Assembly: GCA_951406725.2 (NCBI GenBank)
Contig: OX597821.1
Span: forward strand, 35,960,001-36,024,000
From: Octopus vulgaris
Taxonomy: Eukaryota
DNA length: 64,000 nt
Direction: 5' to 3'
In this document: positions 58,850 to 64,000 of the stretch, one piece after another
Layout of the letters: the number at the start of each line of letters is the position of its first letter
Position numbering within the stretch: the first letter of the stretch is position 1
Notes under the pieces: model-generated
Database searches by the model: none
What the model was told of the DNA's origin: nothing
What the model saw: the letters and a program-made list of their open reading frames with translations, nothing else
Made by a program: the position numbers and the translations under genes

Positions 58850-60555
58850 CGGAGTGGCGGGGGGAGGTAAGCGCCTATCATTTATGAAATAATCCCAATG
58901 GCCCGTGCAAGAGCTGTTCTCTGACAGTCAAGCCCGATTCCTTCGCCAAACCGACAGGAGAAGAGTGGGAAAAGGCGAATATCTGTCGCTTTCAAACAAC
59001 CAGTGTTCTGGGTAGGCTGTACTCGTTAGCCCTGGATGGCAAGCAGCTTAGGAGAAGGAACACCCTGAGTTCAAACCAGGGGAGCAAGGTCCCTGTCACC
59101 TTGGCGGCCTAGTTTAATAGAAATGGTGTCTCGATAAAGATACCGGTTGGTAGTAACCTAAAAAAGCACCTCATTTGTGAGTGAAAATGCCAAGCAAAAT
59201 AGATGACGATAACGGCGCGAACGAGAGTGGAGACAATGGTGAGGTGCCGCACACAGAAGGTCCCTCAGCCAGCAGGTTCTGTACTCGGCAGGTGCCCCAC
59301 TGAGCAGCAGGGTGGGCCCGGTCGTAATCCAACAACTGCTAGCTATGCTAAAAGATATAAGCGGAGTAAACAATTAAAAATGAAAGTTATAGAGTCTTAC
59401 TACCGGAGCACATCAGTGGATGCTTGTCAGAGTGTACAGAAAACGAATGCACATTGAATGGAAGACAAAGGAACTGCTCGAAATTACTGAGGTAGAAACT
59501 AAACGGACGAAATAAGATTGAAGCTATCAACACCTGGGCGGTTTCACTACTTAGATATGGAGCAGGGTTAATCGCATGGACAGTAGACGAACTAAACAGC
59601 TTAGACAGACAGACAGACAAAGAAATTGCTGACTAGATATGGGATACTACACCCAAAACCTGACACGGACAGACAGTATGTACCAAGAAATAGAGGGGGA
59701 AGAGGACTGATTAGACGCGAAGAAAACATTAGAGCAGAAGAAAACAATATAGCATGGTGTGCAAAAAATGTCACAGAACCACTATTATTGAAAGTAAGAA
59801 GGTCAGGCGTGTATAGGATGGAAGATTGCAAAGATAAACCACTGTACAAGGACTTGAGAGTGAGTGAATCTGAAAATAGGCGGATGAAGAAAAGAATGCA
59901 TGGACAATTATAGAGGGATGTTGAAGAAACAAACAGAAACAAACAAAAGAAAAGGATGGCTATGGATGACTAAAAGTGATTTAAAACTAGCAAATGGCGG
60001 CTCTAATCTGTGCTGCCTAAGAGCAAGCATTAAGAACCACTTACATCAAATACAGAATAAACAACATATCAGAAAGTGATAAGTGCAGAATTTGTGGACA
60101 AAAGAGTGAAACCGTACGGCATATTACCAGTCAATGTACGCCACTAGCCCAGAAGGAATATAAGAGTCGTCATGGCAATATAGCAAGGATTGTCTATTGG
60201 ACACTTTGCAATCAGCATGGACTTGACAGAGCAGAAAAGTGGTACGAACCCGAAGGTATCATCGAATATGATAATGCAAATATCCTATGGGATTTTATGA
60301 TTTAGTGCGTCCATGAGATAGAGAATAGGCAGCCAAACATAGTCTTAATTGAGAAAGAAAGCAAACGATGCCGGATCATAGATATAGCATACCTAGCTGA
60401 TAACAAGGTATGCGATGAAGAAGAGAGAAAACTAGATAGATATGATAAGTTAGCTTAGCAAGTTAAGCAGTTGTGGTCGCTGAAAAATGTGGTAGTAGTA
60501 CCAATAATTGTCGGAGACCTGCGAACAGTGAGTAAAAATCTTGATAAGTAACGAT
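58850..60555 (+). mobile_element. R4/Dong element with 5' region retained and RT deleted
   Basis: GC-richer 5' region and N-terminal motif joined near 59470 directly to post-RT sequence homologous to 31018-31500. CRICGQ..ET..HI.S.C and endonuclease remnants. Confidence 0.8.
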
Positions 60556-60655
60556 TAAAGACAAAGTCGACTTCGGCGGAATTAAAGCTCAGAATGTAGC
60601 ATCTGACGTGCTAACGATCCTCCAACTCGCCACCTTAATAACAATAATAATAATG

Positions 60656-60722
<67 letters not shown>

Positions 60723-60925
60723 TGATGATGATGATGATGATGTTCCGCATTTTTGCCACAAGGGCAGCTCGGGGAGTGGATTAAGTCGATTACATCGACC
60801 CCTAAGCGTAACTAGTATTTATTTAATCAACCCCGAAAGGATATAATGCAAATCGACCTCAGCGGAATTTGAGCTCAGAACGCAGCGGCAGACGAAAAAC
60901 CGCTAAACGATTTGCCTGGCGCCAA
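60553..60925 (-). mobile_element. SINE family 2 copies (two, reverse)
   Basis: Reverse complement of the 9001/37740 family. Confidence 0.65.
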
Positions 60926-61700
60926 TGTGATGAAAAATGGAGTCGACCTAAATGCCGATACTGCAGCAATGAAATTGAAACAGTGGACCACCGAATCTCT
61001 GTGTGTAAGGTTTTAGCATCTGTAGAGTACAAATCAAAACATGGCCAATATCTAGCGGCTAATGTGTCGCCATTATGAAATCAAAACTGCTAACAAGTGG
61101 TACAATCACCACTCTGGGGCTGTAACTGAGGGAGAAAATGTAACAATTCTTTGGAACTTTCCAGTATGTACAGACCGGACCATGAGAGAAAATTAACCAG
61201 ATATTTTTTGTGGAAGATTAAAACAATAAAGTTTGTTTATTGTTTGCCATAATAGCTCGGGAAAAAAATTGATAAGTTTTAAAGATTTGCTAATAGACAT
61301 CGAAAAGATGTGGGGTCTCAAGACGGTCACATTACCAGGAATGATCAAAAATGGAACTGAAAATTATTTAAGAATGATCCCTTACCATCCATGCAAGAAA
61401 TGCAAAAGTTTGTCTTAACTAGTAGATCAGGCGTGTACGGAGGAGAGCATTGTCGCTCTGAATTTTCTTTCTATTTTTTCTCTTTGTTTTCTTTGCTTAT
61501 TTTTTATTTTATATTTTTCTTTTTACTCTCTGTTTTTCTTCCCCTCTTTCTCTATCACATGACTTTGTTAAAAAAAATCTGGTGTGTGTTTTTAGGCTCC
61601 CACCAATGTATTCAGTGCGATTCTCTGCCCTATGTGTCAGAGAGACACTCAGGAAGAAATCGAAATAAAATTGAAAGATGATAATGAAAATAATAATAAC
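60925..61700 (+). mobile_element. R4/Dong 3' fragment with 3' UTR and (AAT) tail
   Basis: CRYCSNEIETVDH, KDLLIDIEKMW; homologous to 10325-11100. Confidence 0.8.
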
Positions 61701-62682
61701 AGGCTTCGGCCAGATTTTTGGAAATAGTGGTGGGCGAGGGAAAATAATTGTTTAACCATGTCATAATTATACTCCTTTTGTCCTCAGTTTTAATATTACT
61801 TGGCCGAAGTTTGTTGTTATTAAATTAATAAGGATGGGAAGAAACCCTAAACTAAATGAAATCAGCTGTGGATTCTGTTGCGTAACTATGAGAGTTGTGT
61901 CAAAACAATGCACTTGTAGACCACGTTTATCTTCACGCCGTTCTAGGTCAGTGAGCAGCTTCGAGAGACCATGAAGTTGCACTTGTGTACGCCTTTAACC
62001 GGAGGGTTAACTGATTCAAAGTTTATCTAGTAGCAGTTATTGCGATGCGGATTGACTGTATGGAGGTTAAGATTCCCGGCCGGTAGCGGCGTTTCCGATC
62101 TGGGGTTGGCGGAATAAACCAAGAGAGATACCTCAGTAGCAGTTTTGTCATGTTTGATGATAGGGTGTGTATCGTCAATATCGTTCCACCTGAGAATTCA
62201 CTTTATTTTCATGAGCCCTAGTTGTGTGTGAAGACATGATTTTCTGACTTTTCAGTTTTAAACTGATGGCGGTGGCGATTATGGACCTTAGGATCGGAGT
62301 TGTGAAGTAGGGCATCTTCACGGTCAGATATTTTATAAAGCCAATGCTCTGGTGAGAAATATCTATAAAGGATCTCGAAAAAATTCCCTGGGAACAGAGA
62401 TTTCCACCAAGTTGCAGGATGGCTGGTTATACCAAATAACACCCCACACATAGTTATGTTTAATTCTAAACTTAGGAAGTCGGGGTTTTAATGGTTAGGA
62501 CTGTCGGACGGTTTTGGGTGGGAGATGATTCTGGTGTTACAAGCAGCGTAGGTAGCTGATCGCATCCTAGCAGCGAGTGGCTGATTAATCTGATTCATAA
62601 TTTTACCGCTGCTACTATCATCACTAGCAAGTTTACTACGGTGGCCGCTTTTATCTTCGATTACACCACCATCGCGGCAACC

Positions 62683-62736
<54 letters not shown>

Positions 62737-63020
62737 TGTGTACAGTGCTCAGGTGCACTACAACTCATCTAAAGTGTATATATAATCAGGTGTAGTTTCG
62801 GCGGATTTCGGAAAGCATGAGGGCCTTAAAGGATGCAGTGTCATGGCAGTCAACAACTGACGCAGGCAGTTTATTCCATGCTTCAGCAACTCTGAGCGTG
62901 AAAAAATGTTTCCGAAAGTCATGGGAGCTGTGTTGTTTTCTGACTTTGTAGGCATGTCCATGTGTGTTAGACACGATTGATAATATTTTCTCCTCAGTAC
63001 AATTAGTAGTGTCTGTCATG
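62737..63020 (-). mobile_element. CR1-type LINE 3' end
   Basis: GH.YK...RKHFF..RV...WN.LP..VV......FK C-terminal signature, next to an (AAT)n tract. Confidence 0.85.
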
Positions 63021-63620
63021 TTCGAAATATGTGTTTACAAGGCTATTGGATTCGGTAGCGACTGATAACCCACGTCACGAGTAGTTGTGTCTTACTTGTG
63101 TCTCATCTTTGAAATTTATATCTGCAGTCCGTGCGAGATGGTGTTCCGAGATGCGGCTCGGTGTATGTTTAACAAAAGAGGGACCACAGAGAAAGTGCTT
63201 TGATGAAGTACTTACATAATACTCGATCCTACTAGGATCGAGAAGCTGTCAATGCCATCATGGGTTTCATTATAGAATTGGGCGTTAATATCTACTCCTT
63301 GGCCGAGAGACGCATTATTTGCATTGATATAAACTACTGACATGTTATTATAAGGATAAGGAGGATCTGTTATTAGAATACAGCAACTCGCTGAGTTTTT
63401 TGACAGGGAGCGAATAGCCATCTTCGAAAGTCTTGTGTCAGGTCTAGGACGTTAACAGATTTTATTTCGTGGTCGAAGGGGATGTTTTGGTAAGTTTTCT
63501 TTTAATATTCTATGTAGATTTTCCCCACTTTTCTTCAAAGACAGCTAGAAAATAATCAACTGCAGTAAGCTGATCGGCGACCTTATAAACCACACCGCCC
63601 AGATCTGGGAAGCAATTACC

Positions 63621-64000
63621 GGATCTTTTCGGTTTGAACGACAGTTTTTTTTCTAGCGGTGTCATATGAAATTGTTACCCATAATTATGACCCTAGTATC
63701 GATCTATTGCATTTCAATCTGTTTTAGGGTTGAGGTTAGTTAGGGTTAGGGTTAGAGTTAGGGTTAGGGGTGGGGGGAGGGTATCTTTTTTTCTTCACAA
63801 ATGTAAATAAACCCAATCTGTTTCTTAAACGAGGGACATATTCATACGGCACAGAATGTTTTTTAACTCAATATACATCATTGATTGGTTGAAATTGCAG
63901 AAATTGAAGAAAAAACAACAAATATCTTACAAACTATAGAATTTTCTCAATAAAGCCAAGAGAAAAATATGTTTTATAAAGACATTCTACCAGTATACGA
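63621..64000. mobile_element. GGATC-terminated element related to the foldback MITE, with ttaggg repeats; runs off the window
   Basis: ggatcttttcggtttgaacgacag start, (ttaggg)n at 63724-63770, ttgattggttgaaatt...cattctaccagt. Confidence 0.75.

Noticed and set aside
58840-58990. HDV-like ribozyme in the Dong 5' region
   Set aside because: Only a simple ttcgcc/ggcgaa hairpin; could not assemble P1-P4 by eye. An RNArobo or Infernal search would settle it.
61720-62690. GC-balanced non-repetitive-looking segment as a host exon
   Set aside because: Stops interrupt the frames examined and no recognisable domain was found; probably a decayed retroelement 5' region.
63222-63242. 21-bp palindrome ctcgatccta-c-taggatcgag
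   Set aside because: Isolated, with no supporting context.

Overview
Eukaryotic, AT-rich, microsatellite-dense, repeat-dominated DNA. The SINE family and repeat landscape look like Octopus/cephalopod genomic DNA (recognised from memory, not proven by the window). Most ORFs in the track are microsatellite artefacts or retroelement fragments. Host-gene evidence: two paralogous minus-strand terminal exons encoding galaxin-like di-cysteine-repeat proteins (34492-34991, 53510-54024), plus a weak, decayed Cys-loop-receptor-like remnant (~49150-50800). Mobile DNA: about 11 R4/Dong-clade RLE retrotransposon fragments mostly sitting in (TAA)n tracts, a Penelope-like element (RT + GIY-YIG), CR1/L2-like, RTE-like and Tx1-like LINE remnants, three tRNA-headed SINE families, mariners/MITEs, Helitron pieces and a foldback MITE with a TTAGGG core. 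The most striking unannotated signal is RNA structure. A 353-bp, non-coding, hairpin-rich unit (27647-28264) occurs as a partial tandem plus an inverted copy that reads through the unit junction, and it carries a near-canonical type I hammerhead ribozyme, i.e. a retrozyme-like element. Five further degenerate hammerhead-like motifs from three other repeat families also occur. All alignments and folds were done by eye.
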